Source of the DNA: Patescibacteria group bacterium
Lineage (GTDB): Bacteria > Patescibacteriota > Saccharimonadia > Saccharimonadales > CAYUUR01
Direction of reading: 5' to 3'
DNA length: 59,603 nt
NCBI GenBank assembly: GCA_052034685.1
Contig: JBPOIH010000007.1
Span: forward strand, 79,249 to 138,851
Shown here: positions 46,908 through 55,718 of the stretch, piece by piece
How the letters are laid out: every line of letters begins with the position of its first letter
Numbering within the stretch: the first letter of the stretch is position 1
Notes under the pieces: model-generated
Told to the model about the DNA's origin: nothing
Databases searched by the model: none
The model's input: the letters and a program-made list of their open reading frames with translations, nothing else
Translations under genes and position numbers: made by a program

Positions 46908-47188
46908 ACAAATAAATATAGTCCATCCACTCTGTTAAGTCGATTTTAAAATAACATAATTTTGCACTTGTCTCATTGTTATTACCAGGAGAGAAGGGAC
47001 GTAAAACTGGGGTGGCGTTAGAGATAAGGGACACTAACCAAACTTTTAACAGATCAAAAACGAAAAATAATTGTGGCTGCCCAAAAAAGAATTCGAACTT
47101 AAATGACAGAGTCGAGATATATTTGGTTCTTGCGTTGGTTTATCTACAGGGATGTTGCAGCTATAGAATCTTGATATCGCGCGGGATT

Positions 47189-48124
47189 CTAGTCACTTGG
47201 GCTTTCTGGTTTGATGATTTCTGCGCGGGTGACGATGTCGCTTAGGAAGTCCAGGTCTTGTTTGAATGGGGCGGTGAATAGCTCGAGGAACATGATCATC
47301 TGCTCGGCAATGGATGTTTCTAGGGCAAGCTCGTCGTCGTCCTTTATGGTTAGTTTGCCAAGGTAATCGCGGGTATCCCCAATCTGTGCGACTTCTAGCC
47401 GTGCGGTGCTGTCTGGCATTATTAACAGCTCGTATTTGTTGCCCGCTTCTGGATTCTTGATATTTACCTCTAGCCACGGGTCGTCCTGTTCATCTGGGCC
47501 AGCGCTGTTGGTACGCATCAGTATATTGCCCTTCCAGTCATCACAGACAATCACCTCGTCATTCACGCAGAACATTGGAACGTCACGATCACTTACCGCA
47601 ACGTCTACGAGTCTCTGCGCGAGCCGTCGTGCTTCATCTGGGGATGTGCCATGCCTATCGGCAAACCGCTCAAAGGATAACCCAGCGTACTTGTACATCA
47701 ATACACTCTGCAGGTAGCGGACCGCCGTTCTCTCTGCCGGATTGAGCTGTGCGGAATCAATGGCCGTGGCGACATCCTTCAGAACAGATTCTGGCCTTGC
47801 CCGCATCAGCATATTTTTCTGCGGCGTTAGCTCTAACTCACAGGTCACCTCTTCTTCAATATCGAGCAGCGTAATGTATGGCCGTAGATCACTACTACCA
47901 AAGGTATAGCGATTACCAAACTCTATCGAAATATCGCCTTCTAGGTTATACCCGTAAGACTTAGTAAGCTCACCAACACTCCCGGCAAGTTTATCTGTGA
48001 CGGCTTCTTCTAGGCGCATGTAATCGTCTTGGTCAGGCGGCAGCATTTCTGCAGGGAAAAACCCCTGCTTGTACTCGTAACCAGACTCCCAGCTTTCTTC
48101 GTGTGCGGACATACCTAGTAGCAT
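47189..48124 (-). CDS. Hypothetical soluble acidic protein (311 aa)
   Basis: Clean ORF with no motif recognised. Confidence 0.6.
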   Translation of the reverse strand: MLLGMSAHEESWESGYEYKQGFFPAEMLPPDQDDYMRLEEAVTDKLAGSVGELTKSYGYNLEGDISIEFGNRYTFGSSDLRPYITLLDIEEEVTCELELTPQKNMLMRARPESVLKDVATAIDSAQLNPAERTAVRYLQSVLMYKYAGLSFERFADRHGTSPDEARRLAQRLVDVAVSDRDVPMFCVNDEVIVCDDWKGNILMRTNSAGPDEQDDPWLEVNIKNPEAGNKYELLIMPDSTARLEVAQIGDTRDYLGKLTIKDDDELALETSIAEQMIMFLELFTAPFKQDLDFLSDIVTRAEIIKPESPSD

Positions 48125-48229
48125 AGGGCGCCTGGCCGTTTAATGCTACTAGTGCTTAACTAGGGTCTCTTACCAAGGCGATGACATACAATAATCTGGC
48201 GAGCCACTGGTAAAGCTTGAATTCTTAGA

Positions 48230-49228
48230 CTAGCTTGCAGCCTCCCAAGTAAAACCGTGACCAAAATGACCATAGCGGGCAGTTTGTTCATACTGTGGCT
48301 TACGGAGATCCAGCCATTTGATGATGCCGTTTGGCGATAGGTCATAGCCCGTGACTGCTTCTTGGACGCCATCAATCGTTACTGTTGCTTCGAGCGGCTG
48401 ATCATAGCCAATCGCATATGCCAAGTGGCAGAAAACTTCCTTGGCTTTGCGTTTGCGCAGATACTCCACGGCAATCCGCCGGGCTGCGTATGCCGCTGAG
48501 CGGTCGACTTTGCTGGGGTCTTTGCCACTGAAACAGCCGCCGCCAATAGGGATACGTGGGCCATAATTATCTACAACCAGCTTACGACCAGTTAGGCCCG
48601 TGTCAGCATCAAAGCCACCTTGGTCCCAGTCACCTGTTGGGTTGATGTGGAGATGTGCAGATTGGGGACTGAAGACTGAGGACTGGAGACTAGAAGCCCA
48701 GGTGAGGACGGCTGCTTTTAGTTCGGATTTTTTGGCGTGCTGGAAACTCGCCACCAAAGATGCAATCTTGCCATCACGCAGTGTAACTTGCGTTTTACCA
48801 TCGTGTGGCCATGTATCGTACAAATACTGATTGAGCTGACGGCTCAGGACAACTTCTAGTGGCAGCAGTTCGGGCGTTTCATCGCAAGCGTAGCCCACCA
48901 TAATCCCCTGATCGCCCGCGCCACCCGTATCGACGCCACGAGCGATTTCTGGACTCTGCGATACGATCCGTACCTCTATTTCATTACCGGGCGCCAACCG
49001 TTCAACTATCGGCTCTACTTTGATCTTGCTGTGAGATGTAACCTCGCCAACCACAAATATCTTCCCATGACCACCCACTGTTTCGACGGCTACACGAGAG
49101 GCCGGATCTTGCGCCAGATAAGCGTCCAGTATGGCGTCTGATATTTGGTCACACAGTTTATCTGGGTGCTGGGGCGAGACACTCTCCGCGGTGCGGTAAT
49201 TGGTGGTTTGATTTGCTTTCGTCGACAT
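48230..49228 (-). CDS. metK: S-adenosylmethionine synthetase (short form)
   Basis: ESVSPQHPDKLCDQISDAILD, GAGDQGIMVGYA, DADTGLTGRK and GGGCFSGKDPSKVDRS motifs. Start at ATG 49226-49228, with AGGAG 7 nt upstream. Confidence 0.9.
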   Translation of the reverse strand: MSTKANQTTNYRTAESVSPQHPDKLCDQISDAILDAYLAQDPASRVAVETVGGHGKIFVVGEVTSHSKIKVEPIVERLAPGNEIEVRIVSQSPEIARGVDTGGAGDQGIMVGYACDETPELLPLEVVLSRQLNQYLYDTWPHDGKTQVTLRDGKIASLVASFQHAKKSELKAAVLTWASSLQSSVFSPQSAHLHINPTGDWDQGGFDADTGLTGRKLVVDNYGPRIPIGGGCFSGKDPSKVDRSAAYAARRIAVEYLRKRKAKEVFCHLAYAIGYDQPLEATVTIDGVQEAVTGYDLSPNGIIKWLDLRKPQYEQTARYGHFGHGFTWEAAS

Positions 49229-49235
49229 GAAAAAA

Positions 49236-49386
49236 CTCCTTTCTATCGACCCCATTGCAGGTCAGAAAGGAGCGTGCTGCTCGGCTATCTTCCCCGCGTA
49301 CGGGCTGAATGTAGCACCACACGGCTTAGCCGTAGGTTGCTGGTGGGTCGACGGGTCAGTTCCCTCGCCACACTCTGGATAGTTAA
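49236..49386 (-). promoter_or_regulatory. SAM-I (S-box) riboswitch with SD-sequestering expression platform
   Basis: The minus strand reads CTATCCAGAGTGTGGCGAGGGAACTGACCCGTCGACCCACCAGCAACC...GGTGCTACATTCAGC...GAAGATAG, matching the SAM-I core, with P1 formed by CTATC/GATAG. Downstream, GCTCCTTTCT (49264-49273) is complementary to the SD AGAAAGGAG (49236-49244). A TTGCGT-16-TATACT promoter lies just upstream (-10 at 49402-49407). Confidence 0.8.
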
Positions 49387-49473
49387 ATTGTTAACTTGCC
49401 TAGTATAGCAACACATTCACATTACGCAAACACACGCCTTGCGGTACAGCCAACTGGTCACTTACTTTAAACA

Positions 49474-50349
49474 CTAGGAAAGATGGATAGCTGTTCGTTC
49501 AGCATCCTGTGCACATTCGTCTAGTAGACTTGTGAGAAGATTGGTCTTTCTAAATGCCACCGCAAGACGATTCAGGTTATCTAAAACCCGAAAACTACCG
49601 AGATCTTCATCAGTAATGCGATCTCCGATATCTGGTCGCTCAACCAAGTGCGCATTGATGCCAATTTCAGAAACCTTATGAAACTTACGTGCAGACCAAT
49701 GCTGCTTTGGCTCTCCGGTTTTATAGCGTGCAGGCTTGAGCAGGGCATTAGTTGCTGGTGCAACTCGTAAATATCCACTGTCTGCATCAAAGCGTTCTTG
49801 CAGTTCCTCTTGCGTATATTCGATCGTTGTTGAACGTTGCGCATCGCCATATGATTTATCAAACTCATCGTCCCAAACACGCACTACTGCAAGTACTGGT
49901 GCCTTGTCGCCTTCGTCTTCGTACTTTTCAAACCCTATCGTACCTAGAAGCAGTTCAGAAATTGCACTCTCGCCATACGAACGCCGTCCAAGAAGATAGT
50001 AGGACACCTTGTAATCGCGGAGCCATAGTTCACTTTCGTTGAAGTGTAGAGAAACAGTGTTCGCCGCAAACTTTCGGGCGTCAGCAGCATCATAAACTTT
50101 TGCTTCATATGCATCCGTACGGCTTCCTGGTAAATCTTGTACAAATTGCTTAATGAATCGGTAGTTACGCTGAGAGGCACGATCTGCTTCTCGCATTCCT
50201 TCAATCTGCATCTGGTTTGTGGCCAAGCGGCCAGCTAGTTGCTCGCTCATATCACGGTACAATGGCGACAGTAAGCCGTCATATACTTCAAGGGATGCCC
50301 GTGCAAGCTCAAAATCCATTCTATCCATAATTTGGATATTATAGTACAT
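49474..50349 (-). CDS. Hypothetical soluble protein (291 aa)
   Basis: Clean ORF with several possible Met starts in the first 11 codons. Confidence 0.6.
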   Translation of the reverse strand: MYYNIQIMDRMDFELARASLEVYDGLLSPLYRDMSEQLAGRLATNQMQIEGMREADRASQRNYRFIKQFVQDLPGSRTDAYEAKVYDAADARKFAANTVSLHFNESELWLRDYKVSYYLLGRRSYGESAISELLLGTIGFEKYEDEGDKAPVLAVVRVWDDEFDKSYGDAQRSTTIEYTQEELQERFDADSGYLRVAPATNALLKPARYKTGEPKQHWSARKFHKVSEIGINAHLVERPDIGDRITDEDLGSFRVLDNLNRLAVAFRKTNLLTSLLDECAQDAERTAIHLS

Positions 50350-50393
50350 TTGGAGTTATAATGCAAGCGCCCCTCTACGTTTTTTGTATTTGG

Positions 50394-50672
50394 CTAGCCC
50401 TCGATCTCTCGGCGCTGGCTCAACTCGTTTCTGCGCATGCAATTTACTTCAACAGCTAAGCCTGCCCTTAGCGCAACGTATGTTGAGGTAGCTGCGAGCA
50501 AAAAACCACTAGTTTGTCCTTCGTTCAAGACGCTCCACACGGCGGCAAGCCCGAGCCCGGAACTGGCCACCAAGCCTGCTGGTATTGCCCATTCATTGCG
50601 GCGCATATGCCGCTCAATCTCGACCGTCTGCTCCTGTGCAACATGCTGCTCCCAGTACTCTTTATTTCTCAT
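50394..50672 (-). CDS. Small membrane protein (hypothetical)
   Basis: 92 aa with two hydrophobic helices. Lies upstream of 49474..50349 on the same strand. Confidence 0.5.
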   Translation of the reverse strand: MRNKEYWEQHVAQEQTVEIERHMRRNEWAIPAGLVASSGLGLAAVWSVLNEGQTSGFLLAATSTYVALRAGLAVEVNCMRRNELSQRREIEG

Positions 50673-50768
50673 GTTTTCAATTATAGAACTGCTGTGCTGT
50701 TTGTAAACAGTCAGTTCTTAACTGGTATTTCGTGCTATTCCGTACATGCTATACTGGCTGTAACAATT

Positions 50769-52007
50769 ATGGAACCAGTCAACACGCCCCCACAAAGCAG
50801 TCAGCCTCTAAATAATCCACCGGTAACTCCGCCTGCCGATACTGCCGGCAACGATACGTACGTTATGGCGATATCTGGGTTTGGACTGTTTGGAAAAGGA
50901 GCGTTTGCGAATAAACTCACTGACAAACCTGTCGCACTCGTACTCTTTGCATCAGGTAAAATTATCGCCATTAACGGTCATGGTGAAGTTACTGAAGAGT
51001 TTAAGGCGAGTTCGGTGGCGATGACTGAAAACAAAGGGCTACTACGGGTCGCTGGCGACAAATTAACTGTTGAAGGCCAGCCTAGGGTATTTGTGAGTGA
51101 CGCCTTCATGCGCAGTGCAAAAGAAGCCAAGCAAATACTCGCAGAAAAACACCCCGAATACCAGTTTTCTGCCGCGTGCGAGGCCGGACTGGTCTTCTTT
51201 ACTTTTGTAGAGGCTTTCAATAAGGACCCGGCCGCGTCTGTTGCAGGAGTCAAGAATATTAAGCCGGAAGATTTAACACCAGACAAAACAAACCCATCGT
51301 CGATCTACAAAGATACAGGATTAGACGTGTCTGTCTTTGGCATGTTGTTCTCGCCAGAAAAAAAGGGTCGAGCCATCGCCATGGCGATTGTTGGCGTACC
51401 CCTCCTGCTCTTAATGAGCCTGCTATTCTACACGGGAACCAAAGACACGGCAGACCTTACCAAGATGACGGCGTATGACCTGACCGTAAAAAACACTAAA
51501 GTTGATTCGGGCTTTCGTGAATCGTCAAATCTACTTATTTATACAAAGCCACCAATAGGAATCATTTGTCAAAATATTGTTGTTCAAACACCACTCAAGG
51601 TGTACCCCGACGAAGCGGCTCGTCCTAAGGCTGGCGACAGCTTGCGCGTCTACCTGCCTCCTGATGCTGAATGTTCATCAAATGGTTTATTTATGTCTGG
51701 CTACACTGAAAAGACAACTACTGAAAATGCTATGGACAGTATAGTCAACATTTCGCTCATTGGGGCGAGTTTATTTGGTGCCGGGATCTTACTATTTGGA
51801 GTGTTCTATGCTTCAAACAAACAAGTGCGGGAATTCTATCTCTCTCATGCCATTATTGGCAAGCTCATAGCCATACTCATCTTTGGGTGGATGATCGTTG
51901 GTTATGGCATGCGTTTCTTCGACTTAAGTTCGCTCGGCTTATCAGGATTTATAATCCCGGTAATTCTGGCCGCGATCTTCTACTTTATCTCACGCGGTAG
52001 ACGTTAA
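50769..52007 (+). CDS. Hypothetical membrane protein (412 aa)
   Basis: Start at ATG 50769 (MEPVNTPPQSS); the ORF-track extension overlaps the divergent small gene. Pro-rich N-terminus, one central TM helix and three C-terminal TM helices. Confidence 0.6.
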   Translation: MEPVNTPPQSSQPLNNPPVTPPADTAGNDTYVMAISGFGLFGKGAFANKLTDKPVALVLFASGKIIAINGHGEVTEEFKASSVAMTENKGLLRVAGDKLTVEGQPRVFVSDAFMRSAKEAKQILAEKHPEYQFSAACEAGLVFFTFVEAFNKDPAASVAGVKNIKPEDLTPDKTNPSSIYKDTGLDVSVFGMLFSPEKKGRAIAMAIVGVPLLLLMSLLFYTGTKDTADLTKMTAYDLTVKNTKVDSGFRESSNLLIYTKPPIGIICQNIVVQTPLKVYPDEAARPKAGDSLRVYLPPDAECSSNGLFMSGYTEKTTTENAMDSIVNISLIGASLFGAGILLFGVFYASNKQVREFYLSHAIIGKLIAILIFGWMIVGYGMRFFDLSSLGLSGFIIPVILAAIFYFISRGRR

Positions 52008-52057
52008 CGCTTAATCGTTGTAGCACCAACCCGACAGTGCTGTATTAAAGGAGATCT

Positions 52058-52957
52058 TTACAGGGAAACGTCGGCTTGTTTGGCCGGAATACTACCGCCA
52101 GTGCCACCAATGACTTTTGCTTCGCCACGTGCATAGCGCAATGATGCTGGTTCGGCTTGGTCCTTGCTGACATAGAAGAACAGCCAGCCAGTAGCAGATT
52201 TGCCGCGGGTTGGCGTTTCAAGAACCACGAGTTTTTCTTTAGCTACATAGTCCTGGAATGGAATGTCACTCTCTGATGTAGTCTTACTGCCAGTGATGAG
52301 TTTGAAGTTACTACTTGAAACCGTAGAACCATACTTGTCACCTGCAGACACGGTCACCTCAACCGCAAAACTAGTCTGCGATTTGTTGAGTGCACTGAGG
52401 TCTGCATTGAACGGAACATTACGACGTACTTTGTTTACCTTGATTGTCGTACCGAGTGCTTCATCAGTTATCGTTTCGTTGATTGTCTTTTCGCTCAACT
52501 CTGCCGTTGCTGAATCGTTCGAGGCAGCGCTTTGCGTTGTATCTGTGGCAAGTTCATCAGTAGCTGAAAGAGCCGTGTCATTGGTCGTTGATTGATCGGC
52601 TGCTTTCTTGTCTGATCGATCCAGCAAGAAAAATCCGCCACTCATAGAAAAGATCAAAACAATCACAAGAATAACCAGTGAGATTATGAGGCCTTTGCGC
52701 GAACTCTTTGCTGTAGCTGCTGGCGTGGGATCAGTTGGCGGGGAAAATGCGCTGACAGTGGGCTGTGGTTGCGCGACTGGCTGCACAGGCTCTTGCACCG
52801 GCATTACGGGCTGTGGAATCGGTTGTGGTGGGGATTGCTGAATTGGTTGAGATGCAGGCGATTGCAGGACATCCGATGCCGGCACTGGAGCTGTAGGTTG
52901 AATAATATTCGGGTCAACTGGTTGAGCTGGCTGGATAGGGTCTTGTGGTTGCATCAC
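52058..52957 (-). CDS. Pro/Gln-rich, membrane-anchored DUF4352-like protein
   Basis: P/Q-rich N-terminus, a TM helix (LIISLVILVIVLIF), and a C-terminal beta-rich domain ending TGWLFFYV, as in DUF4352. Confidence 0.5.
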   Translation of the reverse strand: MMQPQDPIQPAQPVDPNIIQPTAPVPASDVLQSPASQPIQQSPPQPIPQPVMPVQEPVQPVAQPQPTVSAFSPPTDPTPAATAKSSRKGLIISLVILVIVLIFSMSGGFFLLDRSDKKAADQSTTNDTALSATDELATDTTQSAASNDSATAELSEKTINETITDEALGTTIKVNKVRRNVPFNADLSALNKSQTSFAVEVTVSAGDKYGSTVSSSNFKLITGSKTTSESDIPFQDYVAKEKLVVLETPTRGKSATGWLFFYVSKDQAEPASLRYARGEAKVIGGTGGSIPAKQADVSL

Positions 52958-53090
52958 TATACTTTCTTTGCTGTTATTATGACCTTGAGTATAGCTGCTT
53001 TTCTATTCCGTGCCAATAAGCACAAGCGGCCACAAAGCGGTCTTAGGGTTACGCCTATAAAGGTCTGTTCCTTGCAACCACGTTACAATT

Positions 53091-53591
53091 TTATACCTGC
53101 GCCAATCCTATCACGTAGTTTTTGCCGTAGTGCTTGGCGCACTTGGGGCAGGTTGTGTAGAAAAAGTAGGTTTCTTTTGGTTCGCGTCCTGATTTTTTGA
53201 CGTAGCTCATGAGGTCTTCATGCCACTTTTTGGCATTCTGAAACGGGCCTTCGTATACTTTTGTCATAAACGTACCGTTGAGCGTTACGTTATCCATGCC
53301 GGGGATCTCTTTGCTAACCGCATACAGTTGCTCGGCCTTCCACGCTGAAAGTTCACGGCTCAGGATCATTGCCTCTTGCGGTGGCATTTCAACCCCAGCA
53401 GTTTCTGCTGCAGATTGTAAGGCTGTCATCACCTTAGACATATTGAGCGGCACGTGGAACAAACTCCGGGTGTGCATTCGTATGAAAGGCTTATCCTCAA
53501 ACGTTATTTCCTGCTCGTTCCAGGCAGACACATTGGGTACAGCACAGCAGCCGGTTTCGTTCTTGTCAGTGTATGTGAGCGGTACATTCAT
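53091..53591 (-). CDS. Hypothetical protein with C-terminal CxxC (TTCPKCAKHYG)
   Basis: 166-aa ORF. YEGPFQNAKKWHEDLMSYV...ETYFFY loosely recalls GyrI-like effector-binding domains. Not firm. Confidence 0.5.
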   Translation of the reverse strand: MNVPLTYTDKNETGCCAVPNVSAWNEQEITFEDKPFIRMHTRSLFHVPLNMSKVMTALQSAAETAGVEMPPQEAMILSRELSAWKAEQLYAVSKEIPGMDNVTLNGTFMTKVYEGPFQNAKKWHEDLMSYVKKSGREPKETYFFYTTCPKCAKHYGKNYVIGLAQV

Positions 53592-53656
53592 ATGTCCTCC
53601 TATACTTATATTATACGCCTCGTAAGCAATGCAGTGGTGTGACCGAAAGGCTCAGG

Positions 53657-54388
53657 CTAGGTGGAGCGGAATTTTGCACCACGTCCTGGTTGGGTAAGCA
53701 GCTTTTCGATTCGCGCTTCTATATCTATGTGGCCGGTGTCAGATGGATGCACTCCAACTGGCTCGTACCATAGGTTATTGCCGCTTGCATTACTGTAGTC
53801 GCCCCATGCAAATGATAGGTCAAAAACAGTAACGCCGGTTTAGTAGGCCACATCACGCATGCGCTGCTGGTAGTTTGTCTGCATAGTGACATCACGGCCG
53901 TTGTTTTGCTCGGGGATAACAAAGAAGACGACGTCGGCATATGCCTGAACTCGATCTACCAGCTGGTTTAGATCGACGGCAAAGGCTGTCGGGTTATTCA
54001 CATAGACGCCGTGGCTGGAGTCCTCAATGATCACAAGGTCTGGCTGTACAAGATCGAGCCACTCTCCCCAATCACCAGATGTGGAACACGTGAAGGTAAT
54101 GATGGTGTCTGAACGCTTGCCAAGATTGTGCACAACCAATCCGCCCGACTGAGCATACACGGCAATGCCAGCTAAGTAGACGGCGACCGCATTACCGGCA
54201 GCATTTGCAGCACGCACCTCAACGGTAGATGTGACTGGACTATCGATAGTTATCGTGTCGAGGCTATTATTTTGGTTCCACGTATGAGAAACGTTGGTCC
54301 AGGCACCACCATCTATTCGATACGAAAAGTTAGCCGATGATGCACCATCTACGACAAATAGATCAAAATAATCAATTGCGTCAGTCAC
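53657..54388 (-). pseudogene. SGNH/GDSL-like hydrolase frame interrupted by an in-frame TAA (53840-53842)
   Basis: The ORF-track protein ends ...RMRDVAY*. The same frame continues for 60 more codons: TGVTVFDLSFAWGDYSNASGNNLWYEPVGVHPSDTGHIDIEARIEKLL...* (TAG 53657-53659). This stretch contains the block-V-like HPSDTGH. The frame is also open upstream to 54451 with no start codon. Confidence 0.5.
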
Positions 54389-54475
54389 CTCAGAAGATTT
54401 TGTCCAGTTTTTACCGATTAAGCGCGTAAACCAAAATGGAGTATACTGTAGTTAATTCAAGGTAAGGGAGGAACT

Positions 54476-55153
54476 ATGGGCGAGTTAGTTGTTGGGTTAT
54501 TTGCAATATTAGTTGGTGCGTTGTTTTGTTTTTCAGGAAACATCATGATGCGCATACTGTTCCCGTTTATGGGATTTTTTGCAGGGTTTTCGGTTGGTGC
54601 CGCTGCAATAGCCGCAATTAGCGGTGATGGTTTCTTAGGGACAGTGCTTGGCTGGACAGCCGGTCTGTTTGTCGGTCTGCTGTTTGGGCTACTGGCGTAC
54701 TTTTTCTACGCATTTGCGATTGTATTAGCATTCGCAGGTTTGGGCTTCAGCCTCACATCGGGTCTGCTATCAATCCTACACATGGACTGGAACTGGCTAG
54801 TTGTTATCTTGGGTACCGTCGTCGGCATTATCTTCGGAATATTTGCAGTCGTGTCGAGCATGCCATTAATCGTGTTGGTAGTTGCTACCTCGTTCTTTGG
54901 TGCAGCAGTAATTATATATGGCCTTATGCTCGTTCTGAATACGGCCAGTTTAGGTGATTTCTCGAGCGGTGCTGTCTGGCAAGATATTCGTGATCGCTTT
55001 GGTCTCTACGTACTGTGGATCGGTTTAGCTGTTGCTGGGTTAATGTCGCAAACGACAAGGCTCGTAGAAGAATCGAAAAAGATGCGTGAACTCTGGGAGT
55101 CATCAGCGACGTTTGATGAATTCTTAAGCAAACAACAGCCAAAGAAACGATAG
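54476..55153 (+). CDS. Polytopic Gly/Ala/Phe-rich membrane protein (hypothetical)
   Basis: 225 aa with about 7 TM helices. GGGAGG lies upstream of the ATG. Confidence 0.6.
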   Translation: MGELVVGLFAILVGALFCFSGNIMMRILFPFMGFFAGFSVGAAAIAAISGDGFLGTVLGWTAGLFVGLLFGLLAYFFYAFAIVLAFAGLGFSLTSGLLSILHMDWNWLVVILGTVVGIIFGIFAVVSSMPLIVLVVATSFFGAAVIIYGLMLVLNTASLGDFSSGAVWQDIRDRFGLYVLWIGLAVAGLMSQTTRLVEESKKMRELWESSATFDEFLSKQQPKKR

Positions 55154-55154
55154 A

Positions 55155-55706
55155 TTAGATCTTTGTTTGAGAATGAGTGACGTAACCGGCAGCCAGTCTG
55201 TCGGTTCGTTTTTTCTCAAAACTTGATATACGCCTATCAATAAAACCTTTTGACACACCCAATTTACGGACAAGGATAGTCGTCAACCCTGCCCGGTTGG
55301 CGCCAGAGATATCCTGCAAGTAACGATCGCCAATCATAGCAACTTCTGACGGTTTGAGCTTATGACTTGCCGCGGCATGTTTGAAGTATCCCGGCATCGG
55401 TTTTGCATGGATGCCCACTGGATGAATTACACCTTTAGCGTTGAGTGATTCTTTTAGATTCTTGAGCGTTCGTCCTTTGGGACGATTGGTAGCAATGTAT
55501 ATATCGATTGACTGTTTCCTCAGGTAGGTAGTTAATTTTTTGTCGACGTCAAATGAGCCGCGGGATACAACGGTACCATCTAAGTCGATCATCACCGCCT
55601 TTATCCCTTGCTTTTTGAGTAGGTCAAAGTCTACATCGCATACAGAGTCTACGATGTAGTCGGGCTTCAGTAGCCGGTGGCCAGTATTGACAGGTTTAGC
55701 TAACAT
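55155..55706 (-). CDS. YqeG-family HAD-IIIA phosphatase
   Basis: AVMIDLDGTVV (motif I), IATNRP and MIGDRYLQDISGANRAGLTTILV. Confidence 0.75.
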   Translation of the reverse strand: MLAKPVNTGHRLLKPDYIVDSVCDVDFDLLKKQGIKAVMIDLDGTVVSRGSFDVDKKLTTYLRKQSIDIYIATNRPKGRTLKNLKESLNAKGVIHPVGIHAKPMPGYFKHAAASHKLKPSEVAMIGDRYLQDISGANRAGLTTILVRKLGVSKGFIDRRISSFEKKRTDRLAAGYVTHSQTKI

Positions 55707-55718
55707 TATGGCTTTCGC

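Noticed and set aside
50514-50768. N-terminal extension of the 497-aa ORF.
   Set aside because: It overlaps the divergent small membrane gene and its promoter region. ATG 50769 gives a sensible Pro-rich N-terminus.
53725-53940. 71-aa minus-strand ORF in the track.
   Set aside because: It is in a different frame from the coherent SGNH-like reading frame, and its translation is Ser/Thr/Leu-rich with no start context.
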